Source of the DNA: an uncultured Collinsella sp.
GTDB taxonomy: Bacteria; Actinomycetota; Coriobacteriia; Coriobacteriales; Coriobacteriaceae
Assembly: GCA_959599635.1 (NCBI GenBank)
Contig: CAUGJN010000001.1
Coordinates: 8,406 to 72,405 of the forward strand
Direction: 5' to 3'
DNA: 64,000 bases
Shown: positions 18,047-27,730 of the stretch, one piece after another
Layout: the number at the start of each line of letters is the position of its first letter
Position numbering within the stretch: position 1 is the first letter of the stretch
Notes under the pieces: generated by a model
The model's database searches: none
The model's input: only the letters and a program-made list of their open reading frames with translations
Told to the model about the DNA's origin: nothing
Translations under genes and position numbers: made by a program

Positions 18047-19135
18047 ATGGCTCATCGCTCCGTAATTCCGTTTGGCCCGCAGCACCCGGTGCTGCCCGAG
18101 CCGCTTCATCTGGACCTGGTGATCGAGGACGACCGCGTCATCGAGGCAATTCCGCAGATCGGCTTTGTGCACCGCGGACTCGAGAAGCTCACCGAAAAGC
18201 GCGACATGCACCAGTTTGGCTACATCGCCGAGCGCATCTGCGGCATTTGCGCCGTGGGCCACAGCTACGGCTATGCCAGCGCCTGCGAGCGCATGCTCGA
18301 CATCGAGGTGCCCGGCCGCGTGCAGTATATCCGCACTATTTTGCACGAGCTTTCGCGCATCCACTCGCACCTGCTGTGGCTGGGCCTGCTCGCCGATGCC
18401 TTTGGCTTCGAGGCGCTGTTCTATCGGTCGTGGACCCTGCGCGAGCAGATTCTCAAGATCTTCGAGAGCACGTGCGGTGGCCGCGTGATCCTTTCGATTA
18501 ACGAGATCGGCGGCCTAAAGCACGACATTGAGGACTCCGAGCTGGCTGGCATTGTCCAGACGCTCGATGCCATGCGTCCCGACTACGAGGCCCTGGTGCA
18601 TACGTTTTTGGACGACGTCAGCTGTGGCGAGCGCCTGCATGGCGTGGGCGTGATCAGCAAGAAGGACGCGCTGGATCTGTCGATGGTCGGCCCGTTTGGG
18701 CGCGCCTCGGGCGTGGACTACGACGTGCGCATGTTTAGCGACGGTGCCTATGCGGACCTGGCTGCGTTTGAGCCGGTTGTCGCCACCGATGGCGATTGCT
18801 ATGCCCGCTGCCAGGTGCGCTGTGCCGAGGTCACGCAGGCCATGGACATCATTAAGGAGCTTGTGGGCAAGATTCCGCACGACGGGATCGGCGGGCGCAC
18901 CAAGCTTACGCCGGCCGACGGCGCACGCGGCGAGGTTGTGATTGAGCAGCCGCGCGGCGAGGCGTATTACTATGTGCGCGGTAACGGCACCAAGAACCTG
19001 GACCGCTTCCGCGTGCGCACGCCGACGTCGCAGAACCTGGCGGGTCTGACACATGCGCTGCAGGGCGTGCTCCTTGCCAACGTGCCCATGATTATCCTGA
19101 CCATCGACCCCTGCATTAGCTGCACGGAAAGGTAG
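18047..19135 (+). CDS. echE: Ech [NiFe]-hydrogenase large subunit
   Basis: PFGPQHP, GFVHRGLEK, L1 ERICGIC, L2 DPCISCTER at the C-terminus with no cleavable extension. Confidence 0.95.
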   Translation: MAHRSVIPFGPQHPVLPEPLHLDLVIEDDRVIEAIPQIGFVHRGLEKLTEKRDMHQFGYIAERICGICAVGHSYGYASACERMLDIEVPGRVQYIRTILHELSRIHSHLLWLGLLADAFGFEALFYRSWTLREQILKIFESTCGGRVILSINEIGGLKHDIEDSELAGIVQTLDAMRPDYEALVHTFLDDVSCGERLHGVGVISKKDALDLSMVGPFGRASGVDYDVRMFSDGAYADLAAFEPVVATDGDCYARCQVRCAEVTQAMDIIKELVGKIPHDGIGGRTKLTPADGARGEVVIEQPRGEAYYYVRGNGTKNLDRFRVRTPTSQNLAGLTHALQGVLLANVPMIILTIDPCISCTER

Positions 19136-19142
19136 GCGCGGC

Positions 19143-19484
19143 ATGAGTTTGCTGACATTTGCCAAGACGGCCTTGGGCTCTATGGTCAAGCAGCCGGTAA
19201 CGGTGTGCTATCCGCAGGAGAAGCTCGCGGCACCCGAGCGCTTGCGCGGGCATATCGTCAACGACATGGACGCGTGCATCTGCTGCGGCATGTGTGCGCG
19301 TCGCTGTCCGGCGGGCGCGCTCGCGGTCGATCGCAAGGGTGGAATGTGGTCGATCGACCCGTACGCTTGCGTGGTGTGCGGCGAGTGCATCGAGAGCTGC
19401 CCAAAGCACTGCCTGACTATGGACACCGCCCGCACTCCAGTTGCGGCGGATAAGGCTCCCACGGTAGAAACCAAGCCGGAATAA
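19143..19484 (+). CDS. echF: Ech 2x[4Fe-4S] subunit (NuoI-like)
   Basis: CICCGMCARRCP and CVVCGECIESCP. Confidence 0.93.
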   Translation: MSLLTFAKTALGSMVKQPVTVCYPQEKLAAPERLRGHIVNDMDACICCGMCARRCPAGALAVDRKGGMWSIDPYACVVCGECIESCPKHCLTMDTARTPVAADKAPTVETKPE

Positions 19485-19494
19485 CGCTGGAATA

Positions 19495-19528
19495 GGGGCC
19501 GGCGGGGCAAAAATGCCCCGCCGGCCCC
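19495..19528 (+). terminator. GC-rich hairpin after the ech operon
   Basis: Perfect 15-bp stem ggggccggcggggca-aaaa-tgccccgccggcccc; no U tail. Confidence 0.6.
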
Positions 19529-19559
19529 GCGCTTAAACGCGCGGGCGAGCCGCCGCGAA

Positions 19560-19713
19560 CAAAACTATGCCAGATTACGGGGCTGGATAGCGAACCTCCG
19601 ACCATACAGAAAATCGCAAAAACAAAACCTCAGGTAATTAGCCTGCCGTTTTTCAAAAAATGGTGGTATGGATAAGGGCCCCGACATTCGCCCCGTAATC
19701 CGGCACAGTTTTG
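19560..19713. repeat. 154-bp long-hairpin element, copy E1
   Basis: Arms caaaactatgccagattacggggc / gccccgtaatccggcacagttttg; core ccat..aaaacaaaac.caggta..atgg. Confidence 0.9.
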
Positions 19714-19820
19714 AAATGGCGCCATATCCGTAACAGCTCCTGATCCCCCAAGGACGGAGGAAAGTGGGTCATTTTTGCCTGATGGCTCCGAGTCGCACCC
19801 GTTTTCCTGCGAAAACGCCG

Positions 19821-19900
19821 TGTCTCAACTTTGGTGAGACATTTGTCTCACGCCCAAAACCGAATCTGGAACATGTGTCACCTGCCCTAATTGTGTCTCA
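19821..19900. promoter_or_regulatory. cluster of TGTCTCA/TGAGACA boxes upstream of the adhesin
   Basis: TGTCTCA at 19821, 19844 and 19894; TGAGACA at 19835; palindrome gtgagaca-tt-tgtctcac at 19834-19851. Confidence 0.55.
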
Positions 19901-19952
19901 TTTCGTAACTTTAGGCTGTTGCAAGGTCTGAGACCGCGAGAAGGGAGACGCG

Positions 19953-22900
19953 ATGAGTAAGTACACGAGGGGTCTCTTGGCGGTGATACTGGCCGTAGTG
20001 CTGGTGTTGCCGGCTGCAGCATTTGCCATGCTGCCCGAGGCCAACGCCAGGTCCAGCACCGGAATGGACGGACCGACGGTGAGCGAAAAGATAGTCGACC
20101 CTGACACCACCGGCCGCTGGCAGTACTGGGCGTCGGGCGGCGAGCAGGACCAGACGACACGTTATGTAGGCCGAATCTGGACGGACAAGACGGTCGAGCC
20201 AGCGCAGGACGAAAAGTCCGACTTTGTGACGACGCTCTCCACGATGTCTTCGACTTCTGACACAACGTCGCTGGTCACTAAACCGCTCGATATCGTGATG
20301 GTGCTTGATGCCTCCGGGTCGATGGATGATGACATGGGTGACAGCGATTCGACCAAACGCATCGACGCACTCAAGGCAGCTGCCAGTTCCTTTATCGACA
20401 CCATCGCCGAGCAAAACAAGAGCATTAAAGATACGAATAAGCGGCATCAGGTTGCCATCGTTAAGTTTTCGGGTGCAAAGAAAAACGAGATCGGCAACGA
20501 TACGTATCGCGATCGTCAGGGATACACGCACAACTACTCGCAGACCATGAAGAGCCTGACGCCGTGTGTCGATAGCGCTGCGACGGAACTTAAGAATACG
20601 GTCGGCTACATCGAACCTGCCGGTGCCACGCGGGCTGATTACGGCCTTGAACTTGCTCGCGACATGTCGGGCCGCGAGGATGCCCAGAAGGTAGTTGTGT
20701 TCTTTACGGACGGCACGCCCACAGACTCCAGGAACTTTAACTCTACGGTTGCCGATAATGCCATAGCCGCCGCCAAGAAAATGAAGGGGAAAGGCGCTAC
20801 GGTCTACACCATCGGCATCTTTGATGGTGCGAATCCCGCTGACGATCCTGCGGACTACTGGACGAGCGACGAAAACAAGTTCATGCACGCCGTGTCGAGC
20901 AACTATCCAAACGCCACGTCCTACACAACCAATAAGCTTGGTAAGCGCACCGAGAATTCCGATTTCTACAAGGCTGCGTCGAAAGCCGATGAGCTCAAGA
21001 AGGTGTTTGATGATATCTCGAGCTCTATCACCTCGGGCAAGGGCTCTCCCACTCAGATCGAGGATGGTTACGACGAGAGCAAGTCCGGCTACATCACCTT
21101 CAGTGATGAGCTGGGCGACTTCATGCAGGTCGATACGTTTGTCAGTGCTCAGATTAATGGCGTCACCTTTGATAAGGCGACCAAGACCCCCAAGGGCAAT
21201 ACGGACACGTACGAGTTTTCGGGCTTGGCCAAGGACCTGGTTATCACCGTTGAGCGCTCTGCCAACGCGCAGCAGGGCGATATCGTGACGGTCAAGATTC
21301 CCGCATCGCTGATTCCGCTGATCCGCTATCACGTGGACATGGAAAACGGGATCTTTGAGCGCACGTCGCTCAATGACATCAAGCCTATTCAGATTAAATA
21401 CACCTCGAGCGTCAAGGACGCCGCGCGTAACAACCTGTTTGCGCCCGATGACGGACTCAAGAAGTATATCGAGAAACATAAGGGTGCCGATAACCAGACG
21501 GTCTACTTCCTAGCCAACAAGTGGTCGGGCGGCGAGCTGGGCGATGTTGTCGCCGAGTTTGAGCCCGCCGATACCAACAGCTACTATTACTTCCAAAAAA
21601 TCACGCCTATCTACACGGACAAGGAATGCACCCAGCGCGCGACGGTAAAGCCGCAGGGCAACGACGTCTATTACTACAAAGACGAGTTTGTGGCGATGGG
21701 CGCAAACGGCAAGCCGAAGGACGACTATGCCGTTGTGGAGTTTGAGGGGCACGAGATCGCCAGCTACGACGGCGCTCTGGTCAAAGATGACGGCTATTGG
21801 TCCTTTAATAAGGGAACCGCGCGCTTGGCCTATATCGACCAACTGCATACCACCAAGGACGATGTGGAGGCGAACGGCAACAAGACCGAGACCGCGCCCG
21901 ACGTGCTTAACCCCAGGTGGAATGACCTTTCCTCCGTTGCGACTTCCACGCACGTGCATTCGCACCTGGGCAACAACGGCAAGATCGTCTTTAGCCTTGC
22001 AACCAAGCCGGTAACGGTGGATACCAAGACTGACTTTGGTCTGACCAAGGTGCTCGAGGGCCGCGAGTGGACGGGTACGGATGCGTTTGAGTTTGAGCTC
22101 TCCGCGACGTCCGACAACAATGCCCCGATGCCCGACCCCGCGACCGTAACTGTGACCAATGCCGATCTCGACAAGGGCAAGGCAGCCATTAACTTTGGCA
22201 AGATTAGTTATGCCGAGCCGGGCGAGTACACCTATGAGGTCCGCGAGGTCAAGGGCGACGCCGGTGGCATTACCTACAGCAAGAACGTTGCCACGTTCAA
22301 GGTGACTGTGACGGTTAACGCCAAGGGCGAGCTTAAGGCCGACGTTGAAAAGATCTCGGGCGAGACCGACTTCAAGAACACCTATAGCGTGAAGCCTGTC
22401 GAGGACCAGATCACCGCGACCAAGGTCCTGACCGGCCGCAAGCTCAAAGACAGCGAGTTCTCCTTCGAGCTCGTCGAGGGTAACGATGTCGTCGCCACCG
22501 GCAAGAACGATGCCGACGGCAAGATCGTCATGGGCAAAATCACTTACGACAAGCCCGGCACCTACACCTACAAGCTGCGCGAGAAGCTCCCCAACGAGGC
22601 GGGGCTGAGCAACGGGATCACGTACGATAAGACGAGCTACACCATCAAGACGAGCGTCATCGACAACGGCGACGGCACGCTTAAGGTGACCCATACGCTC
22701 GAGGGTCCCGAGACGGCACGCTTTGAGAACAAGTACAACACTGCCCCGAATAAGTCCAGCGTCACCGACCAGATCACCGCGACCAAGACCCTGACAGGCC
22801 GCGACCTCAAGGAAGGCGAGTTCTCCTTCGAGCTCGTCGAGGGCAACGATGTCGTCGCCAGGGGCACCAATGCGGCCGACGGCAAGATCACGATGGACAA

Positions 22901-25900
22901 GATCACCTACACCGAGGCCGGAACGCACACCTACACGCTACGCGAGGTCAAGGTCGATGCCGACAACGGTATCACCTACAGCACCGCGGCCTACACCGTC
23001 GTGACCACCGTCACCGATGATGGCAATGGCAAGCTCACGGTTAAGCATGAGCTGCAGGACGTCGAGAAGGCTATCTTCGAGAATGCTTACAGCGTGACTC
23101 CCGTGAACTCCAGTGTCACCGATCAGATCACCGCGACCAAGTCCCTGACCGGGCGTGACATGACCGCCGGCGAGTTCTCCTTCGAGCTCGTCAAGGACGG
23201 CAAGGTCGTCGCCACCGGCAAGAACGATGCCGACGGCAAGATCGTCATGGACAAAATCACCTACGACAAGGCCGGCGAGCATACCTATATCCTGCGTGAG
23301 GCCAAGGGCGCCGAAGGCAACGGCATCGCCTACGACGATAAGACCTATACCGTCGTGACTACGATCACCGATAACGGCAAGGGCAAGCTCGTGGCGAAGC
23401 ACGAGCTGAAGGATGCCAAGACTGCTGAGTTCAAGAATTCCTACAAGCCGAACCCCGGCGAATTTAGCGTCACCGACCAGATCACCGCGACCAAGGTCCT
23501 GACCGGGCGCGACCTCAAGGACGGCGAGTTCTCCTTCCAGCTCGTCGAGGGCGACAAGGTCGTCGCCACCGGCAAGAACGCCACCGACGGCACGATTACG
23601 ATGAGCCCCGTGAAGTACGAAAAGGCCGGAACGCACGCCTACACTCTGCGCGAGGTCAACGGTGGAACCACTAGCAAGGGCGTCACCTACAGTGATGCCA
23701 AGTTCACCATCGTGACGACCATCACCGATAACGGCGACGGCACTCTCAAGGCCGAGCATGTCCTGAAGGGCGCCGAGCCCGCCGAGTTCAAGAACACCTA
23801 CAGCGTGACCCCGCTCGACACTGAGCTCGACTTTGGCCTGAGCAAGGCCATTGACGGCCGCGACTGGACGGACGCCGATAAGTTCAGCTTTACCATCAGC
23901 GCAGCCGAGGGTACGGACGCCCCGCTGCCCGACCCCGCAACCGTGACCGTGAGCAAGAAGGACGCGAAGGACGGCATCGCCGCCATCAACTTCGGCGAGA
24001 TACGCTACACGGCTGCCGGAACCTACAAGTATGAGATCCGCGAGAACGCGGGCAATGCGGCAGGCATGACGTATGACGGACATGTCGCGACCGCCGAAGT
24101 GACCGTGACCGAGAACGGCGAGGGCAAGCTGACCGCCAACGTCACCAAGAAGGAAAGCGGCCGCTTCACCAACACGTACCGCACTGAGCTCGATTACGCC
24201 GCGGCCGGCGGCCTCAAGCTCAGCAAGACCCTCTCCGGACGTCCCATGACTGAGGGCCAGTTTAGCTTTACCGTGACGCCCGCCGACGAGGCTTCGGCCA
24301 ACGCACTTGGTCTGCTGCCCGGGGCCAACAACTTTGAGTCCCCCGCAACGATAGAGGGAACAGTCGGCCAGATTGACATTCTGGCGGGCCATGAGGTCAA
24401 ATTTACGCAGGCTGATGCCGGCAAGACCTTTACGTACACCGTGGCCGAGAAGAACGACGGCCAGCCGGGTTACACCTACGACGACGCTGTCCGCACCGTG
24501 ACGATCGCCATCGCCGACGACACCGCCGGCACGCTCACCGCCACGACGACCGTCTCCGGCGGTCCCGAGGGCACGCTGGTGACCGAGTACAAGACCGGCG
24601 CGGCCGCGGTCGAGAGCGCCGTGGTCCCGTTCGTCAACAGCTATAGCGCTACGACCAACACGCCTGGTGGCACCGCTGCTCAGGTCGTTGCCGCCAAGAC
24701 CCTGACCGGTCGCCCGATGGTTGACGGCGAGTTCTGGTTCGGTATCGCCTATCAGGGTGAGCTTGTGGGTTATGAAAATCTCAAGCCCAATATCGGTGGG
24801 CACGTGAGCTTTGATGCGCTGCACTACGACACCAAGATGCTTGCCGATCTTGAGTCTGCCGGGCTTGCCCATCGTACCGACAAGGACGGTAAGCTTGCTT
24901 GGACCATTAACTACACGGCCTACGAAGCTATACACGGGCTGCCGAACGGCGTTTCTGCTACAACGTGGTACTTTGGCTTTAAGGTTATCGTCGTCGATAA
25001 CGGTGACGGTACCCTGACGGCAACGGTCGACTACGGTGGCATCGAGCCCTTGTTCGAGAACGTCTACGGCGCCGATGCCGTTGACGCCGCGCTTGCCGGC
25101 ACCAAGAAGCTCCAGGCTGCCGAGGGCCTGACCCCGGCAGACATCACGGGTAAGTTCATCTTTACCGTGGCCGCCGATGAGGCGGGTGCCCCGATGCCCG
25201 AGCGCACGACCGCAACCAACGACGCGGCCGGCAACGTGGACTTTGGCAAGATCCACTTTACGCTCGATGACCTCAACCGCGCCCTGGGCGTGACGGACAA
25301 CGCTTCTGGCGATGCATCGAACAACGCTGAAGCCAACGCCGACGAGGCCGAGGTTGACGCTGACGCCAGCGGTGACGAGACCAAGGACGAGTCCGAGCCC
25401 GCAGCCCCCACCGCCCCGCGCTCGCACACCTTTACCTATACGGTGACCGAGTCCGGTAGCGCCCCTGGCGTGACCAACGACGCTAACGTAACGCGCAAGG
25501 TCTCCTACACCGTGACCGATGACGGCGCTGGACATCTGAGCGTCAAGCGCGACGGCGGCGACGGTGCGGACTTTACGTTCACCAACACGTACAGCGTGGC
25601 ACCCACCGATTCTTCCGTGACCGATCAGGTCAAGACGGTCAAGCGTCTGACCGGACGCGACCTTGCAGCCGGCGAGTTCACGTTTGATCTGCTCGAGGAC
25701 GGCGTGGTTGTCGCTAGCGGCACCAACGACGCCAACGGCACCGTTACGCTGAGCCCGATCCACTATGAGGCGCCCGGCACGCACACGTACACGCTGCGCG
25801 AGGCTTGCCCCAACGCGCTCGGCCTGTACAAGGGCGTCACCTATGACGGCGCGACCTATACCGTCGTGACCACCGTCTCCGACAACGGCGACGGCACGCT

Positions 25901-26492
25901 GACCGCGACGCACAAGCTCGAGGGAACCACCGAGTCGGCTGGCTTTACTAACAAGTATCACGCCATGCCCACGCAGGTTTCCATCGGCGCCATCAAGGTG
26001 CTCGAGGGACGCGAGCTCAAGAAGGACGAGTTTGGCTTTAAGCTCGTTGGCGAGGACATCGAGTCCACCGTCACCAACGATGCCGACGGCAAGATCAACT
26101 TCGACAAGTTCGAGTACGACGAGCCCGGTACGTACGTCTACACCATCAGCGAGGTCAAGGGCGACGAGGCCAGTATGACCTATGACAAGTCCGTCTTTAC
26201 CGCGACCGTCAACGTGGTCGACGACGGCGAGGGCAGCCTCAAGGCGAACGTCACCTTTACCAAGGGCGACAAGAGTGTCGAGGGTATCGTGTTCAACAAC
26301 ATGTACAAGAAGCCCGAGACGCCCGTGCCGACGCCCGACCCCGGTACGTCCAAGACCGTGACGAACATCGTCAAGACGGTTAAGGGCTTCCTGCCCACTA
26401 CGGGTGACCAGCAGGCCGCCGCACTGCTCATGGCATTTGTCATCGCCATGGCCGGCGTCGGAGCCCTGGTCTGGGGTATCCGTAAGCGCTAG
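19953..26492 (+). CDS. sortase-anchored adhesin: signal peptide, VWA domain, about 11 Spy0128/FctA-like repeats, LPTTG
   Basis: MIDAS VLDASGSM; repeats K.L.GR...EFSF...YTLRE...F.N.Y; C-terminal LPTTG + TM + RKR. Confidence 0.92.
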   Translation: MSKYTRGLLAVILAVVLVLPAAAFAMLPEANARSSTGMDGPTVSEKIVDPDTTGRWQYWASGGEQDQTTRYVGRIWTDKTVEPAQDEKSDFVTTLSTMSSTSDTTSLVTKPLDIVMVLDASGSMDDDMGDSDSTKRIDALKAAASSFIDTIAEQNKSIKDTNKRHQVAIVKFSGAKKNEIGNDTYRDRQGYTHNYSQTMKSLTPCVDSAATELKNTVGYIEPAGATRADYGLELARDMSGREDAQKVVVFFTDGTPTDSRNFNSTVADNAIAAAKKMKGKGATVYTIGIFDGANPADDPADYWTSDENKFMHAVSSNYPNATSYTTNKLGKRTENSDFYKAASKADELKKVFDDISSSITSGKGSPTQIEDGYDESKSGYITFSDELGDFMQVDTFVSAQINGVTFDKATKTPKGNTDTYEFSGLAKDLVITVERSANAQQGDIVTVKIPASLIPLIRYHVDMENGIFERTSLNDIKPIQIKYTSSVKDAARNNLFAPDDGLKKYIEKHKGADNQTVYFLANKWSGGELGDVVAEFEPADTNSYYYFQKITPIYTDKECTQRATVKPQGNDVYYYKDEFVAMGANGKPKDDYAVVEFEGHEIASYDGALVKDDGYWSFNKGTARLAYIDQLHTTKDDVEANGNKTETAPDVLNPRWNDLSSVATSTHVHSHLGNNGKIVFSLATKPVTVDTKTDFGLTKVLEGREWTGTDAFEFELSATSDNNAPMPDPATVTVTNADLDKGKAAINFGKISYAEPGEYTYEVREVKGDAGGITYSKNVATFKVTVTVNAKGELKADVEKISGETDFKNTYSVKPVEDQITATKVLTGRKLKDSEFSFELVEGNDVVATGKNDADGKIVMGKITYDKPGTYTYKLREKLPNEAGLSNGITYDKTSYTIKTSVIDNGDGTLKVTHTLEGPETARFENKYNTAPNKSSVTDQITATKTLTGRDLKEGEFSFELVEGNDVVARGTNAADGKITMDKITYTEAGTHTYTLREVKVDADNGITYSTAAYTVVTTVTDDGNGKLTVKHELQDVEKAIFENAYSVTPVNSSVTDQITATKSLTGRDMTAGEFSFELVKDGKVVATGKNDADGKIVMDKITYDKAGEHTYILREAKGAEGNGIAYDDKTYTVVTTITDNGKGKLVAKHELKDAKTAEFKNSYKPNPGEFSVTDQITATKVLTGRDLKDGEFSFQLVEGDKVVATGKNATDGTITMSPVKYEKAGTHAYTLREVNGGTTSKGVTYSDAKFTIVTTITDNGDGTLKAEHVLKGAEPAEFKNTYSVTPLDTELDFGLSKAIDGRDWTDADKFSFTISAAEGTDAPLPDPATVTVSKKDAKDGIAAINFGEIRYTAAGTYKYEIRENAGNAAGMTYDGHVATAEVTVTENGEGKLTANVTKKESGRFTNTYRTELDYAAAGGLKLSKTLSGRPMTEGQFSFTVTPADEASANALGLLPGANNFESPATIEGTVGQIDILAGHEVKFTQADAGKTFTYTVAEKNDGQPGYTYDDAVRTVTIAIADDTAGTLTATTTVSGGPEGTLVTEYKTGAAAVESAVVPFVNSYSATTNTPGGTAAQVVAAKTLTGRPMVDGEFWFGIAYQGELVGYENLKPNIGGHVSFDALHYDTKMLADLESAGLAHRTDKDGKLAWTINYTAYEAIHGLPNGVSATTWYFGFKVIVVDNGDGTLTATVDYGGIEPLFENVYGADAVDAALAGTKKLQAAEGLTPADITGKFIFTVAADEAGAPMPERTTATNDAAGNVDFGKIHFTLDDLNRALGVTDNASGDASNNAEANADEAEVDADASGDETKDESEPAAPTAPRSHTFTYTVTESGSAPGVTNDANVTRKVSYTVTDDGAGHLSVKRDGGDGADFTFTNTYSVAPTDSSVTDQVKTVKRLTGRDLAAGEFTFDLLEDGVVVASGTNDANGTVTLSPIHYEAPGTHTYTLREACPNALGLYKGVTYDGATYTVVTTVSDNGDGTLTATHKLEGTTESAGFTNKYHAMPTQVSIGAIKVLEGRELKKDEFGFKLVGEDIESTVTNDADGKINFDKFEYDEPGTYVYTISEVKGDEASMTYDKSVFTATVNVVDDGEGSLKANVTFTKGDKSVEGIVFNNMYKKPETPVPTPDPGTSKTVTNIVKTVKGFLPTTGDQQAAALLMAFVIAMAGVGALVWGIRKR
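22404..23800 (+). repeat. four intragenic tandem repeats of 354-363 bp
   Basis: GAYCAGATCACCGCGACCAAG at 22404, 22767, 23121 and 23475. Confidence 0.9.
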
Positions 26493-26634
26493 GCACGCTG
26501 GCAGCGCCCGGGGCCAAAAGGCCCCGGGCGGCCGGCGGGAAGCCAGAACATAGCCCCCACCCCCACCCCCAGCCGCCACGGAGACGTCTCCCTTCTCCGT
26601 GGCGGCACTTTTGTGCGCAGGGGAGGAAGGGCCG

Positions 26635-26792
26635 CCACGAAATCGGCCCATCTACTACGTTTATCCCCTTACCCCCAACCATGCCAAAAAACGCGAAAAC
26701 AAAACCGCAGGTAGAACGCCTGCGGTTTTGTTCAAAACGAAGGCATGGTCAGGGGTATCGAGTCAAACGTAGTAGATGGGCCGATTTCGTGG
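26635..26792. repeat. long-hairpin element, copy E2 (same core, different arms)
   Basis: Perfect 28-bp inverted repeat ccacgaaatcggcccatctactacgttt / aaacgtagtagatgggccgatttcgtgg around a core in register with E1 and E3. Confidence 0.9.
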
Positions 26793-26886
26793 TTGGCGCC
26801 GCCAAATGATCCCCCGGGGACGGAGGAAAACGGATCATTTTTGGCCCCACGCGGCTGGTGGGTGCGTTCGCGCAGGACCGTTCAAA

Positions 26887-27040
26887 CAAAACTATGCCGG
26901 TTTACGGGGCTGAGTCACGAGTCCCCAACCATGCCGATATTCGTGAAAATAAAACTGCAGGTAGACGAGCCGTCATTTTGCAGAAAACGCGGGTATGGAT
27001 GGGGGTCCTGAGTTTAGCCCCGTAAACCGGCTTAGTTTTG
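26887..27040. repeat. 154-bp long-hairpin element, copy E3
   Basis: Gapless match to E1 (111/154 by manual count), same orientation, both followed by aaatggc. Confidence 0.9.
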
Positions 27041-27100
27041 AAATGGCATTAAATCGATGGCAGCCATTTTGCTATGCCAAAGCGGTCGGCCGTTGGGTAA

Positions 27101-27730
27101 TTACCCTCGCAGGTAGGCGATGGCGATTTGCGTACGGTTGCGCAGGCCCATTTTGGCCAGGATCGAGCTGATGTGGTTGCGCACCGTGCCTTCTCCCATA
27201 TAAGCCGTGGCGGCAATCTCCTTGTTATCGAGGCCGCGGGCGATGAGCTCGGCGACTTCGAACTCGCGGTCGGTCAGACCGGCAAAGGCCGCGGGCCGGC
27301 GAGTCGCACCGGCCTCAGCGTTCGCCCCATCAAAATCGACATCTTCGATCGCCTTGCCCTCGAGCACGCGTTTGCCATCCATGACCTGCGCCAACGCTGG
27401 CGGAATGGCGGCGACATCGGTCTTGATCAGGTAACCGCGGGCGCCCAGCTTGAGCGCCGACACAATGTACTCGTCATCCGAGAATGTCGTCAGAAACACC
27501 ACGCGTGCCGCGGGGTCGTGCTCAAGGATCTCGCGCGCCGCCGAAAGGCCGTCGCGCCCCGGCATCTGAATGTCGAGCAGCGCGATATCGGGTGCGAGTT
27601 CGGCGTAGAGTGCCACCGCGTCGTTGCCGTCGGCTCCGGTGCCCACTACCTCGATCTGCGTTTGGGCGCCCAGGATAATCTTGAGCGAATCGACCACTAG
27701 GCGGTCGTCGTCGACAACGATGAGCCTCAT
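27101..27730 (-). CDS. NarL/LuxR-family response regulator
   Basis: VVDDD, LLDIQMP, GYLIK, LTDREFEV...GLDNKEIA...TVRNHIS. Confidence 0.95.
   Translation of the reverse strand: MRLIVVDDDRLVVDSLKIILGAQTQIEVVGTGADGNDAVALYAELAPDIALLDIQMPGRDGLSAAREILEHDPAARVVFLTTFSDDEYIVSALKLGARGYLIKTDVAAIPPALAQVMDGKRVLEGKAIEDVDFDGANAEAGATRRPAAFAGLTDREFEVAELIARGLDNKEIAATAYMGEGTVRNHISSILAKMGLRNRTQIAIAYLRG

Noticed and set aside
13810..19484. NADH dehydrogenase (complex I) or non-hydrogenase Ehr complex
   Set aside because: The large subunit has both CxxC nickel-binding motifs and the gene set matches Ech.
22938..26651. 1237-aa minus-strand ORF and similar long antisense ORFs (e.g. 10581-12659, 39470-41674, 7173-8897)
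   Set aside because: Shadow frames of GC-rich genes; no recognisable motifs, fully overlapping well-supported CDSs.
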